A stretch of 63,591 bases of DNA from an uncultured Planctomycetia bacterium (GCA_964392615.1 CAYMRB010000004.1:1-63591), one strand, 5' to 3'. Shown: positions 28,199 through 38,746, counted from the stretch's first letter. Notes: a model not told the origin generated them from the letters alone. Numbers and translations are program-made.

Positions 28199-29515
28199 AT
28201 GAAAGAAGCGCTGGAAGCACTCGTGGCCGACCGTAGGGCGAATGTCGGCGTGGTCGGGCTGGGGTATGTGGGGCTGCCGCTCGTTCGAGCATTCCACGCG
28301 GCCGGCTTCGAGGTCACCGGTTTCGACATCGACCCGACGAAGGTCGAGGCGCTCAACAGCGGGCGTTCCTACATCTTGTCGCTGGACGGCGACACGGTGC
28401 AGAGCATGGTCGCGAGCGGGAAGTTCCGCGCCACGACGGAGTTCCGCCAACTGCGCCAGATGAACGCGATCATCATCTGCGTTCCGACGCCGCTGACCAA
28501 GACTCGCGAGCCCGATCTGAGCTGTATCGTTTCCACGGCTCAGGAGATCCGCAAATACCTCGAACGCGATCAGCTCATCGTGCTCGAGAGCACGACCTAC
28601 CCGGGCACGACCGAGGAAGTCCTCAAGCCGATCCTCGAAGAGAGCGGGCTGAACGCGGGCCAGGACTTCTACCTGGCGTTCTCTCCCGAAAGGGAGGACC
28701 CCGGCAACCGCGAGTTCACGACGACCACCATCCCGAAGCTCGTCGGCGGGCTCGACGAGACGGGCGGCGAGTTCGCCACCGCGCTGTACTCGGCGGCGCT
28801 CGAGCGCGTCGTAAAGCTCAGCCACGCGAAGGTGGCCGAGGCGGCGAAAATCCTCGAGAACATCTACCGCGCCGTCAACATCGCCATGGTCAACGAGCTC
28901 AAGGTGCTCTTCGACCGCATGGACATCGACGTGTGGGAAGTGATCGAAGCGGCCAAGACCAAGCCCTTCGGATTCCACGCGTTCTACCCGGGGCCGGGGC
29001 TTGGCGGGCACTGTATCCCGATCGATCCCTTCTACCTGTCGTGGAAGGCTCGCGAGCACGAGATGACCACGCGGTTCATCGAACTCGCCGGCGAGATCAA
29101 CGTCTCGATGCCGGAGTTCGTCGTGCAGAAGGTCGGCGACGCCCTCAACGCCGTGAAGAAGACGGTCAACGGGAGCCGCGGCATCATCATCGGCGTGGCC
29201 TACAAGCCGGACACGGACGATGTGCGAGAGTCGCCCGCCCTGAAGATCGTGCAGCTTCTCGAGGATCGTGGGGCCGCGCTGTGCTACCACGATCCGCACA
29301 TTCCCGAGCTGCCCAAGACGCGACAGTACTCGGGAACGATCGAGTCGGTCGCTCTCAGTGAGGACGTGCTCGCGCAGAGCGACTTCGTCCTGATCGTCAC
29401 GCATCACGCCGCGATCGACTGGGACTTCGTCGTTCGCCACAGCCAGCTCGTGATCGACACGCGCAACGCGACGCGCGACGTCACCGAGAACCGCGACAAG
29501 ATCGTCAAGGCCTGA
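28199..29515 (+). CDS. UDP-N-acetylhexosamine/nucleotide-sugar dehydrogenase (WbpA/WecC type)
   Basis: GLGYVGLP, CVPTP, ESTTYPG, GGHCIPIDP, DVRESP. Confidence 0.93.
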   Translation: MKEALEALVADRRANVGVVGLGYVGLPLVRAFHAAGFEVTGFDIDPTKVEALNSGRSYILSLDGDTVQSMVASGKFRATTEFRQLRQMNAIIICVPTPLTKTREPDLSCIVSTAQEIRKYLERDQLIVLESTTYPGTTEEVLKPILEESGLNAGQDFYLAFSPEREDPGNREFTTTTIPKLVGGLDETGGEFATALYSAALERVVKLSHAKVAEAAKILENIYRAVNIAMVNELKVLFDRMDIDVWEVIEAAKTKPFGFHAFYPGPGLGGHCIPIDPFYLSWKAREHEMTTRFIELAGEINVSMPEFVVQKVGDALNAVKKTVNGSRGIIIGVAYKPDTDDVRESPALKIVQLLEDRGAALCYHDPHIPELPKTRQYSGTIESVALSEDVLAQSDFVLIVTHHAAIDWDFVVRHSQLVIDTRNATRDVTENRDKIVKA

Positions 29516-29536
29516 CGGCCGCCCTTCGCGGCGACG

Positions 29537-31903
29537 CTACTCGACGAATGCCTCCCAGACCTTGCCGGTCGCGTCGGAGCACAGGATCAGGCACGGGACG
29601 CCTGCGGGTGCGTGTCGAGGGCCGGTCACGTTGTTGATCCGCACCTTCGCCGTCAGGATGCGGCGTGGTTGCCCCAGCGCCTCGAGTCCGGCGGGCGAGA
29701 ACTCCTGCAGCCAGATGCCGGTCGGTTCCGACCAGATCGCGAGCGGCCGACCGATCCACAGCGCGATCGGGCGCGTCGGGGCCATCGAGTTGGGGGCGTC
29801 GAGGATCGCGAACGGCACCGTGTGCCAGCGGCGATTCGTCAGGACTCGCAGCGCCAGGTTGGGCTGTCCGCGCGCGTCGACCGACAACTTCGTCGCGGCG
29901 ACGAGCGCGATCGACGACGGTGTCGGCGGTCGACAGAAGTTCAGGTGGTCGTCGGCGGTCTTTCCGCCCTGCGCGACGATCTCGACGGCGGACCACGTCG
30001 GGTTCGGCGCGGTCGCGGTCGGCGAGGCGAGTCGGCGCAGGCACAACCGCTCTCGATCCTGATCGGACCAGACGACCGCGACGCTGTCCTCGAGTGCCGT
30101 GATCGCGCAGATCTCGTCGTCGAACAAATCACGGGCGAGCACCGTGTGGGGCGCGAGCGACGACGCGAGGTGGGCGTCGAGCTGTCGTACGACGATGGAG
30201 CGGCGTCCGCCGGCGGTCGTCGGATACGCGACCCAGAGCGATCCAGTTTCGTGACGCGCGATCGTGACCGTTTCGACGTCGCTCGACTCCTGCCAGGCCA
30301 GTGGCGACGTGGCCGGCAGCCAGGACGACGCTCCGTCGTTCCAGTACAGCGCCGCGACCGCGAGGCGCGGCCCCTCGACGAGCGCGGCAACGACCAGATC
30401 GTCCGTCGCGATGACGTCGGCGCGTCCGGGAAGCCCGGCGGCGAAGGCGTCGAGCCGCTTGACCGATCTCCACTTGCCCGCGGCAGTGCGCTCCCAGATT
30501 CGACCTCCCGACGCGCCGTTCGCGAGCCACGCCCACCAGCGGCCGTGCGCGTACCAGACCTTGCTCTGCGGCTTGTCGCGGGTCGGGTCGAGCGTGGCGC
30601 AGTCGAACACCGGCGATGCCGGCGTCGCCGCGGTCGGCGGTCGGCGTGGATCGTAGGATGGCTCGACGATGAGATCGAGTTCCGCAGCGATCGTCTTCCA
30701 CGGCACGAGCTTGTAGTTCGTCGGGCTATCGCCCTCGCCGTCGTGGGCGATGAAGAGGCCGCCGCGGAACGGGCCGCCGAGGTCGAGCGAGCACGCATCG
30801 ATGCCGTCGGTGAATCGCACGCCGTCGACGCGGCCTGCGGTGATCGAGAAGCTGCCGAGGAAGCGGTTGGCTCGCGACGCCTCGTAGTGACGCTCGAAGA
30901 CGGCGAACGACGAAGCGCTGCGGTGCGATCTGCGATCCTGCCCCTGGCTCGACGCGATCAGGTAGCCGCGGCCGCCAGCGCCGCGGTAGATCGCCAGCCC
31001 TTCGATGTCGTCGGTCAGCGGGCCGCCGCCGCGCGCGTCCATGTCGGCTGCTGCGACGACGACGCGCCGCGATGGATCGAGGACGCCGGCGACGGTCTCG
31101 TAGCGGTAGACGCCGTGATCCTCCGAGGCGACGTAGATCGCTTCGCGGTCATCGTCCGCGACGATTCCCTCGACCGGGCAGCTGCCGTCGTTGACGAGCC
31201 ACGGACGGCCCGCGGCATCGTGACGCGTTCCTCGCACGGTCTCTCCTGAGCCGCGCTCCGGCGCGTGAGACAGCGTGTACTGCGCGAGGTGGCCACGCTT
31301 GTCGCTGACGAGCACCGAGAAGCGGCCGACGCTGCGGGCGTGGAACATCGCGAGACCGTACGGCGCGTCCGAGCCGCCCGCGAAGCCGCTGCCGATCGGG
31401 ATCCGGCCGACGAGGGCGAGACCGGCGAAGTCGGCGTTCGTCGCGGTCGCGACGCGAAAGATGTCGATCGTCCGCCGGCTGCGATTCGAAGCGCAAACGA
31501 GGTCCCAGCGCGCATCGCCCGCAGGGAAGCCGTATCGCACGTCGACGTTGTTGATCTTGGCGCCCGCGTCGAAGCGATTGCGACCGGCGCGCCACTCGGA
31601 GCCGCCGTCGACGCGCCGACCGTCGAGTCGAAAGGCGTAGAGCCCGCCGGCCGAATCGTTCGACTTGTTCGTCCCGATGATGACGCTCTTCGACGGATCG
31701 CGGGGATGCACCCAGATGCACGCATCGTCGGCGACGTCGCCGGATCCGTGCATCCCGACCGTCTCGAGCACGGCTTCGGCCGCGCGCAGCGGGGGCAGTG
31801 CGACGATCGAGCACGCGGAGAGCGCAAGCGAGATCGAGATCACGCGAGCCGCTCCTTGCGATACGTGGCTATCGCGGCATCGGGGCGTGCGCCATCGAAT
31901 CAC
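29537..31903 (-). CDS. Secreted beta-propeller phytase-like protein fused to a second unknown domain
   Basis: ADDACIWVHP, NNVDVRY, DIEGLAIY, YLIASSQG, TDGID, NYKLVPW, followed by about 360 further aa. True start probably slightly downstream. Confidence 0.8.
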   Translation of the reverse strand: MIRWRTPRCRDSHVSQGAARVISISLALSACSIVALPPLRAAEAVLETVGMHGSGDVADDACIWVHPRDPSKSVIIGTNKSNDSAGGLYAFRLDGRRVDGGSEWRAGRNRFDAGAKINNVDVRYGFPAGDARWDLVCASNRSRRTIDIFRVATATNADFAGLALVGRIPIGSGFAGGSDAPYGLAMFHARSVGRFSVLVSDKRGHLAQYTLSHAPERGSGETVRGTRHDAAGRPWLVNDGSCPVEGIVADDDREAIYVASEDHGVYRYETVAGVLDPSRRVVVAAADMDARGGGPLTDDIEGLAIYRGAGGRGYLIASSQGQDRRSHRSASSFAVFERHYEASRANRFLGSFSITAGRVDGVRFTDGIDACSLDLGGPFRGGLFIAHDGEGDSPTNYKLVPWKTIAAELDLIVEPSYDPRRPPTAATPASPVFDCATLDPTRDKPQSKVWYAHGRWWAWLANGASGGRIWERTAAGKWRSVKRLDAFAAGLPGRADVIATDDLVVAALVEGPRLAVAALYWNDGASSWLPATSPLAWQESSDVETVTIARHETGSLWVAYPTTAGGRRSIVVRQLDAHLASSLAPHTVLARDLFDDEICAITALEDSVAVVWSDQDRERLCLRRLASPTATAPNPTWSAVEIVAQGGKTADDHLNFCRPPTPSSIALVAATKLSVDARGQPNLALRVLTNRRWHTVPFAILDAPNSMAPTRPIALWIGRPLAIWSEPTGIWLQEFSPAGLEALGQPRRILTAKVRINNVTGPRHAPAGVPCLILCSDATGKVWEAFVE

Positions 31904-31920
31904 AGAAGAGACGCCTTCTT

Positions 31921-31997
31921 CCTTCGTTGCCTTCTGTTCAATGCGTCAATCCGCCTGAGGCAAGAAATCGAACAGAAGGAAACGAAGGTAACGAAGG
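31921..31997. repeat. REP-like inverted repeat built from 9-nt units
   Basis: ccttcgttgccttctgttc (31921-31939) versus gaacagaaggaaacgaagg (31970-31988), 18/19, plus an extra taacgaagg. Confidence 0.8.
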
Positions 31998-32105
31998 AAT
32001 CCGTCGGCGTCGACAGACTTCTCTTCTTGGCGAGCTTTGCTCCTTGGTGTGCCAGTTTTTCGGTAAGGACGTCGCAGGCGTTCATCAGCCCCGCGGGCTG
32101 ACGTA

Positions 32106-35100
32106 CTACCGACCGCGCGGGCGCAGCGGCTTGTTTCCCGGTCCCCTCGCGTCCTCGGGTTGCAGCGTGCTGCCGAACGAGTTGAGGATCTCGATCGTCA
32201 GCGGCGCGGTGAAGTACTCGCGGCCCGACTCGTAGTACGGGCGGACGAACGACGGGCGCGCGGTGAAGGTGCCGGGGATCTCCATGCGAACCGGAATGCG
32301 AGCCTCCACGCGCGTCTTGATGCCTTTCTCCCAGTACAGATCGACGTAGCCGTCGGCGAGATTCCAGTAGCTGAACGACTCGCCGGCGAGCTCGTCCATC
32401 GCGGCGCGATCGATGACGCAACCGCCCGGGAGGCCGATGCGCGCGACTACCTGGCTCGTCGGCAGCTCTCGATCCGGAGCCGGAGTGACCACGACGCGCA
32501 CGGTCGACTTGCCGCCCGAGGTGAACTTCGGCAGCGCGGCAACCTCGAGCCGGAACGGCGCGTCCGGTGACGAGCGCGGCTGACGGATGCGATAGCTGCA
32601 CCCGAGGGTCCAGGGCTTCGGCGTTCGCGCGTCGATCTTCAGCGACATCGACGCAGTGGAGCCGGGCTCCACTGCCACGGCACGGCGGAACCGCAGCGGT
32701 CGCACGCGATTCGGGAATCCGGCCGCGAGCTGCGGTCGATCTCCGGGGGCCGTGAACTTGACCTCGACGACCTCGCCCGGATCCGGCGTCACGAGGCGCG
32801 TGTACGCCTCGATCGCCAAGGCGGTCGACTGCGTGCCGATGTACATCTCTTGCAGGCGCGCCAGACGAGACAGGAGCCCCTCGGCTTCGTCGCGTTCGCC
32901 AGCCGCCTCCAACGCGAGGCCGTAGAGGCACAGCGTCGCGATGTCGAGCTGACCGCCGCGCGATCCGAGGACCCCGGAGCCGCCATCGTCGAAGCTGCCC
33001 TTCTTGTTCGCTTCGCGGAGCTCTGCAAGCAGCTCGGCGATGCGCGCGGCGTGGGGACTCTCGGGCGGGGCGCCGTCGCCCGCGTCACCCGCGACCTTCG
33101 GTGGCGCTGGCCGGTCCGGCGCCGCCAGCCCGAGCGGTTGCGCATCGCGGAACCGCCGCCGCTTCTCCCGCTCTGCGGAGGGAGCCGCCACCCGCGCGTC
33201 TTGCGGCCACGTGGCGAGACAGCATGCGAGCAGCGCGCGGTCGTAGTTCGACTTCGGGCGAAGGTTGACGATTCGATGGCTGCCCTTCCACGTGCGGCCC
33301 GCGGCATGGAGCGATCGCGTCAGATAGAGCGCCTCCTGCGCCGTCATGTCGCCCCGCTTCTCGAGCCAGGCGATCGCGGAATCGAGCTCCGCACGGCCGA
33401 GCCCCTTGTAGATGCGTTCGTACAGCGCGAGGTGGCGCAGCGCGGTTACCGTACACCGCGCGGTCGGCTCGCCGCCGGGGTAGAACGCGAAGCCGCCGCT
33501 CTGGGGGTCGCGGTGCTTCAGGAGTCGAGCGAATCCGCGGCGCGCGAGCGCGTGTGCGCGTTCGAGGAGGAGCGGATCTTCGGCATCGCGCAACAATGCG
33601 TCGAGCGTCACGAGGTTGACGAAGTTCTTCGACGTGAACTGCTCGAAGCAGCCGGTCGGGTCGCGCAAGATTCGACGCAGCCAGTCGAGGACGCGGCCGA
33701 ACGACCCGGTCGATACGGACGCCTGCATTTGCACGGATTCCGGTATCGCATTCTCGGGAACCACGGTCGTGAAGGTCACGCGGCCAGTCGACTTGCCGCT
33801 CTTTCCGGCAACGATCTCGGGCTCGCGGTGCAGCAGGCGAAGCCGTTGGCGATGCGTCTCGCGGTACCTGCCGCGCTGGGTCACGAGTCGGACCTCAGCA
33901 TCGTCGGATGGCGCGACGACGCGGAAGCTGAACTTGTGCAGCCGGGCGCTCCGGCGCGGATCGTATTCGATGTGCGTGCGCAGGAGCGGCTCGATTGCGC
34001 TCGACGTGAGGACGTCGATCGCCAGCTCCTCCTTGCGGTCGTCGATGACGCGCGGCGCGACCATGACGTCGAACGTGTCGCCGACGTGCAGATGAGTCGG
34101 TGCGGTCATCTTCGTCGCGAAACCCGCGTCGCCGCGAATCGTGCCGCGGCATGACAACGCGGCAGAGCCCGCGTGCCCCTCCGCGACCCAGGTCAGCGTG
34201 CCGACGACGTCGCTTGACGTCAGACGGATGCGCGCGCGGCCGTCGGCACCGGTGCGCACGCCGCTCGACCAGAACATGGTGCTCCGCGTATCGACGCGCG
34301 AGCTCGGGACGCGGATGGATTGCGGCGGCGCACGGTCCTCGCGACCGAGCCCCGGAGTCGCGAGAAGCGCACGCGGTGGCACGAGGAGACGATTCTCGTA
34401 GTCGCTGTCGACCGGTCTCGCCGAACGCGTGAAGTGCGCGCGGGCGAGGAGACGTTCGAGCTTCGAGCGTCGCACGACGGTTCTGCGACGCGGTCGATCG
34501 TCGCGACTCGCTGCGGCGTCGACTCCCGTGCGTCGCGCACTGTCAGCGACGGCGATGGCCGGTACCTCGACACGGCCGGCCTCGGGCGACAATCCGCCCG
34601 GTGGCACCTCGATGCCCTCCGACGGGAGACGATACGCGCCGTGAACGAGCAGGAACGCATCGCGCCGCGACGGCGATGCGACGACCTCCGGCGGCATCGC
34701 CTCGCTGCCGAGCTGCGGCTCGAGAAGCGAGCGGACGGCGAGGTTCGGCATCGCGGAGGCATCGCCCTGGAAGAGCGACACGGCGACATCGGCGCGCACA
34801 GGAGTCGCGCCGCGCCGCGCCACGACATCGAGCTCGATGGTCTCGCGCGGCCGGACGGAGTTCCTCGCGACCGGCGCGATCTCGACGAGCACCGGCGTCG
34901 GCATACCGGTCCAGAAGGGCCTCTTGGCGACCGCGCGGTCGTCGTGAAGCACGAGCACGTGCGCGGTGCCCTGCGCGGCGACGGAGGGTATTCGAACGTG
35001 TGCGACGGGCAGCCGCCGCCCGTCGCCGTCGACTACCTCCGCGGGCGCCTTCTGCGCGCCGGCACCCTTCTTCTCCTTCGGTGGCGGCGGCACGCGCAGC

Positions 35101-36155
35101 GCGACCGATCGTCGGTGCGAGCGGCCGGTCGCGGTCACGAGCTCGACGACGACCCCCTCGCCGTTGGTCTGGGGCGTGCCGCGAACCTCGACGTCGAAGC
35201 CTTCGGGCGCCGGATCGACCCGCACGGCGAAGTCGTGGCCCTGTGGCCCGGGCAGCGCGAACCGTTCGGCCACGTCAGCTGGCCGATCGACGGCGATCTC
35301 GTAGCGTCGTTCCTCCTCCGACGGCACGAGGATCGTCGCGAGCCCGAGCCGATCGGTGTGGAAGGTCGTCACGCAGCGGCCTGTATCGTCCAGCACGCGA
35401 CCGTCGGCAGCCGTCGGTGCGCCGTCGCGATCGCGAACGAGCAGCCCGAATCGCTGCGAGTGGCCGGGAACGACCGTGCCGCCCTCGGGAAATGCGTCGA
35501 CCCTGCCGACCGACGTCGACACGTCGACGCGGCGTGCGATCGCCGCGGTGCCCTTCTTCGTCGCGACGCCGACGGCGAGGTGCCCGCCGGTGCGCAACCC
35601 ATTCGGCAGCTGCAATCGCACGATCACGCGCCCGTCGGCATCGGTCTTGCCCGCGACATCGCGTATGCGGACGTCACCGAACGTCGCGAGGTAGTCGACG
35701 CGCGCGCCGCGAACGGGGTCACCGTCGAGCGTGAGCGCACGAAAAGTCGCCGTCAGCCGCTCGCCCGCGTAGTGCACGTCATTGAGGACCGAGAGCGACA
35801 GATCGAGCTCGGGAAGCTCGAGATCGAACACCTCGAGGGGCACGCTGTGCGCTACGCGATCACCTCGTACGGCTTCGATGAGCCAGGTCCCGCCGGGCAC
35901 ACCGTCGTCGACGAAGAACCGTCCAGCGCGACGCGTCTGGTCGGCGTCGAACGCCATGCGCTCGACCTCTGAGCCGTCGGGGGCGAGAAGGCGCACCGTC
36001 AGCTCGCCGGAGGCGCGAGAGTGAGCGCGAAACCAGACCGTCTCGCCGACGCGGTACGACGGGCGGTCGGTCTGGACGTGGACGAACGACGGCCCACCGG
36101 CTACTCCGGGGCGCGCGACGGTCACGAGAGTCAGGACGAGGAGGATGCGTAGCAT
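32106..36155 (-). CDS. Alpha-2-macroglobulin-family thioester protein
   Basis: Signal peptide; MG2 motif QTDRPSYRVGETVWFR; DTRSTMFW; thioester PTGCFEQ; C-terminal VRPYY. Confidence 0.85.
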   Translation of the reverse strand: MLRILLVLTLVTVARPGVAGGPSFVHVQTDRPSYRVGETVWFRAHSRASGELTVRLLAPDGSEVERMAFDADQTRRAGRFFVDDGVPGGTWLIEAVRGDRVAHSVPLEVFDLELPELDLSLSVLNDVHYAGERLTATFRALTLDGDPVRGARVDYLATFGDVRIRDVAGKTDADGRVIVRLQLPNGLRTGGHLAVGVATKKGTAAIARRVDVSTSVGRVDAFPEGGTVVPGHSQRFGLLVRDRDGAPTAADGRVLDDTGRCVTTFHTDRLGLATILVPSEEERRYEIAVDRPADVAERFALPGPQGHDFAVRVDPAPEGFDVEVRGTPQTNGEGVVVELVTATGRSHRRSVALRVPPPPKEKKGAGAQKAPAEVVDGDGRRLPVAHVRIPSVAAQGTAHVLVLHDDRAVAKRPFWTGMPTPVLVEIAPVARNSVRPRETIELDVVARRGATPVRADVAVSLFQGDASAMPNLAVRSLLEPQLGSEAMPPEVVASPSRRDAFLLVHGAYRLPSEGIEVPPGGLSPEAGRVEVPAIAVADSARRTGVDAAASRDDRPRRRTVVRRSKLERLLARAHFTRSARPVDSDYENRLLVPPRALLATPGLGREDRAPPQSIRVPSSRVDTRSTMFWSSGVRTGADGRARIRLTSSDVVGTLTWVAEGHAGSAALSCRGTIRGDAGFATKMTAPTHLHVGDTFDVMVAPRVIDDRKEELAIDVLTSSAIEPLLRTHIEYDPRRSARLHKFSFRVVAPSDDAEVRLVTQRGRYRETHRQRLRLLHREPEIVAGKSGKSTGRVTFTTVVPENAIPESVQMQASVSTGSFGRVLDWLRRILRDPTGCFEQFTSKNFVNLVTLDALLRDAEDPLLLERAHALARRGFARLLKHRDPQSGGFAFYPGGEPTARCTVTALRHLALYERIYKGLGRAELDSAIAWLEKRGDMTAQEALYLTRSLHAAGRTWKGSHRIVNLRPKSNYDRALLACCLATWPQDARVAAPSAEREKRRRFRDAQPLGLAAPDRPAPPKVAGDAGDGAPPESPHAARIAELLAELREANKKGSFDDGGSGVLGSRGGQLDIATLCLYGLALEAAGERDEAEGLLSRLARLQEMYIGTQSTALAIEAYTRLVTPDPGEVVEVKFTAPGDRPQLAAGFPNRVRPLRFRRAVAVEPGSTASMSLKIDARTPKPWTLGCSYRIRQPRSSPDAPFRLEVAALPKFTSGGKSTVRVVVTPAPDRELPTSQVVARIGLPGGCVIDRAAMDELAGESFSYWNLADGYVDLYWEKGIKTRVEARIPVRMEIPGTFTARPSFVRPYYESGREYFTAPLTIEILNSFGSTLQPEDARGPGNKPLRPRGR

Positions 36156-36299
36156 GCCGGATACTCCTGTCGAATCACGGACGGTGGTCGGTCGCGCCGC
36201 GCGCGAGCCAGTACGTTACTTTCCGTCGGTCATCGTTGTGTCACCGCCGGCGGCCTTCGTGCTACATTCCGCATAATCTCACGAGCAGCGAGACCAGCC

Positions 36300-37355
36300 A
36301 TGACACTGCGCATCGGAATCGTCGGAGCGGGCGAGAACACGCGCCTGCGGCACATCCCCGGCTTCCAGGCCATCGACGGCGTCGAGGTCGTCGCCGTCTG
36401 CAACCGCTCGCGAGCGTCGGGCGAGCGCGTCGCGAAGGACTTCGAGATCGGCCGCGTCCACGATGACTGGCGGCAGCTCGTGCAGGACGACGACGTCGAC
36501 GCGGTCTGCATCGGCACGTGGCCGTACCTGCACGCTCCGGTGACGCTCGCAGGGCTCGAGGCGGGGAAGCACGTCCTCACCGAGGCGCGCATGGCGGTGG
36601 ACGTCGACGAGGCACGAGCGATGCTGCATGCGTCCGAGGCGAGCGATCGCGTCGCGATGGTCGTGCCCGCGCCGTTCTGGCTCGATTCCGAGTCGTACCT
36701 TATCGACCTCGTCCGCGACGGCTTGCTCGGGGACGTGCTCGAGGTGCACGCGCGCGGTCTCGGCGGCGCGTGGAGTCCCGACGCGCCGATCCATTGGCGA
36801 CAGCGGCGCGATCTGTCGGGCGAGAACATCCTGATGCTCGGCATCTTGAACGAGACCGTACGGCGCTACGTCGGCGACGATGTGGCCGTCGTTGCGCACG
36901 GGAAGGTCTTCGTCGACGAGCGCGTCGACGCAGAGGCCGGCGCCGCGCGGACCGTCGACGTGCCCGACAGCCTCGCGGTGATCTCGGAGCTCGCCTGTGG
37001 CGGTACGGCGGTCTACCACCTCAGCGGCGTCGCGCGATTCGGTGGGGGACCGACGCTCGAGGTGCACGGCACGCGCGGCGCGTTCCGGCTATGCGACGGC
37101 GGCGCGTTCATCGCGCAGGAGTCGGACGATGCCTTTCGGCCGCTCGAGGTCCCCGCCGGTCGCCGCGGCGGCTGGCGCGTCGAGGCCGACTTCGTCGATG
37201 CGATTCGCGACGGGAAGCCCGTGACGCGGACGAGCTTCGCGGATGGCGTGCGCTACATGGAGTTCACCGCGGCGGTGAATCGCAGCTTCCGGACGGAGGG
37301 GTTCGTGGTTCTGGCGCATGCGGGCGTTCTCGATCCCGGCGACGCGACCTCCTGA
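36300..37355 (+). CDS. Gfo/Idh/MocA-family oxidoreductase
   Basis: LRIGIVGAG, VDAVCIGTWPYLH, AGKHVLTEARMA. Confidence 0.9.
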   Translation: MTLRIGIVGAGENTRLRHIPGFQAIDGVEVVAVCNRSRASGERVAKDFEIGRVHDDWRQLVQDDDVDAVCIGTWPYLHAPVTLAGLEAGKHVLTEARMAVDVDEARAMLHASEASDRVAMVVPAPFWLDSESYLIDLVRDGLLGDVLEVHARGLGGAWSPDAPIHWRQRRDLSGENILMLGILNETVRRYVGDDVAVVAHGKVFVDERVDAEAGAARTVDVPDSLAVISELACGGTAVYHLSGVARFGGGPTLEVHGTRGAFRLCDGGAFIAQESDDAFRPLEVPAGRRGGWRVEADFVDAIRDGKPVTRTSFADGVRYMEFTAAVNRSFRTEGFVVLAHAGVLDPGDATS

Positions 37356-37381
37356 ATCGAGGCATCGGCACGCGACAGCCC

Positions 37382-38746
37382 ATGGAACCGGATCTCTTCT
37401 CCGAGCTCGGCATCAACCCCGAGGACGTCAAGGTCGACAACAGCGATCCCTCGAAGGAGTTCGCCGTCAACGTCGACGTCAACCTGTGCGAGCTCGCCCT
37501 CCTCTCCAGGGACGAGGCGATCGACGCGGTGACGGGGACCGACGACTACGAGCGACCGGTGACGGTCGTGCCGCTCGAGGAAACCTCCTGCAAGCTGGAT
37601 GTCGACTGCATCGACGGAATGGTGGAGATCGGCGACGCCGAGTCCCCGTTGCCGCTCGGCGAGATGCTCTGGCGCGTTGCGCGCGCGCTGCCGGTCTTCT
37701 ACACGGACGCACGTCCATCCGGCATGCGGCGACCGTCCGTGCCGCTTCAGCAGCTGCACGCGGCGCGTCTCTGCTGGCTGCGGGGCGGTATCGCGTGGTC
37801 GCTGACCCTGTCGGCGCCCTGTTGGGAGGGCGCCGATCGGCCGACGGAGGCCGAGTTCGGGCTGCCGCCCGAACTCGAGGTCCCGCGTCCAGCTCCGCCC
37901 GGCGATGCGCGGCAGCGGCTGCAGGAGCTCGAGGCGAGGCTCGGCGTCGCGCTGCCGGAGTCGTATCTGCCGTTCCTCACGGGCGAGCGTCGCTGCGACG
38001 AGTTTCGCGTGCCGTCGCTCGACGAGTTTCTCGCGCTCGACGAGGTCTACCCGTGTCTCCCTCCGCGCACGCTGCCGTTCTTCTCGAGTTGCGCCGGCGA
38101 CATGCTCGCGCTCTTCTTCCCGCGCGACGGGGGAGCGCCGTTCGTGGTCGCGTTCTATCACGAGGAGTCGACGATCGAGCCCTGGGCCGCGGATGTCGCG
38201 GACGTCCTGCGGCAACCCGACGCGTGGAGCCTCGACCTCGACGAGGACGAATCGGTTCCCGACACGGACTCGACGGCGTGGCAGCGGCTTCTCCTCGACG
38301 GCGACGCCGAGTATCCCGAGCGCGAGCTCCTCAAGCCGATGTCGCTGAATCTCGCGGCGATCGAGCGCTGTTCGGAGCGCAGGAAGAGCGGCGCCGTGCG
38401 CCGGATCTTCAAGCGTCTCGACAACGCGGCGCGCGAGCGGTCCACGATCGCCCGTCTCTTTCGCGAGCCGCTCGACCTGATGCGCGTCGCGCGCTGGCAC
38501 GAACTCGCCGAGAGCCTCGAGGCGGAGGGCGATCTCGGCGCCGCGATGCAGGCGCTCGAGAACGGGCTGATCGCGATCGGCGTCTACCCCTTCAACGGCG
38601 ATCCGGATACGCGACCCAAGTGGTCCTGGTCACTGGTCCGCCCGAGCTTCGAGAGAATGCAGGCCCTCGCCGAGCGCCGCGAGGACCGGCTCGACCGGGC
38701 GCTGATCGCCCGTCAACTCGAGGAGCTCGGGAATTGGGAGAAGTGA
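37382..38746 (+). CDS. Hypothetical protein with internal SMI1/KNR4-like domain
   Basis: ATG 37382; LQELEARLGVALPESYLPFL...GDMLAL...VVAFYHE. Confidence 0.65.
   Translation: MEPDLFSELGINPEDVKVDNSDPSKEFAVNVDVNLCELALLSRDEAIDAVTGTDDYERPVTVVPLEETSCKLDVDCIDGMVEIGDAESPLPLGEMLWRVARALPVFYTDARPSGMRRPSVPLQQLHAARLCWLRGGIAWSLTLSAPCWEGADRPTEAEFGLPPELEVPRPAPPGDARQRLQELEARLGVALPESYLPFLTGERRCDEFRVPSLDEFLALDEVYPCLPPRTLPFFSSCAGDMLALFFPRDGGAPFVVAFYHEESTIEPWAADVADVLRQPDAWSLDLDEDESVPDTDSTAWQRLLLDGDAEYPERELLKPMSLNLAAIERCSERRKSGAVRRIFKRLDNAARERSTIARLFREPLDLMRVARWHELAESLEAEGDLGAAMQALENGLIAIGVYPFNGDPDTRPKWSWSLVRPSFERMQALAERREDRLDRALIARQLEELGNWEK

Noticed and set aside
36518-37381. 742-aa ORF as a single gene
   Set aside because: The 5' part overlaps the oxidoreductase gene and is Arg-rich shadow sequence; the real start is probably ATG 37382.
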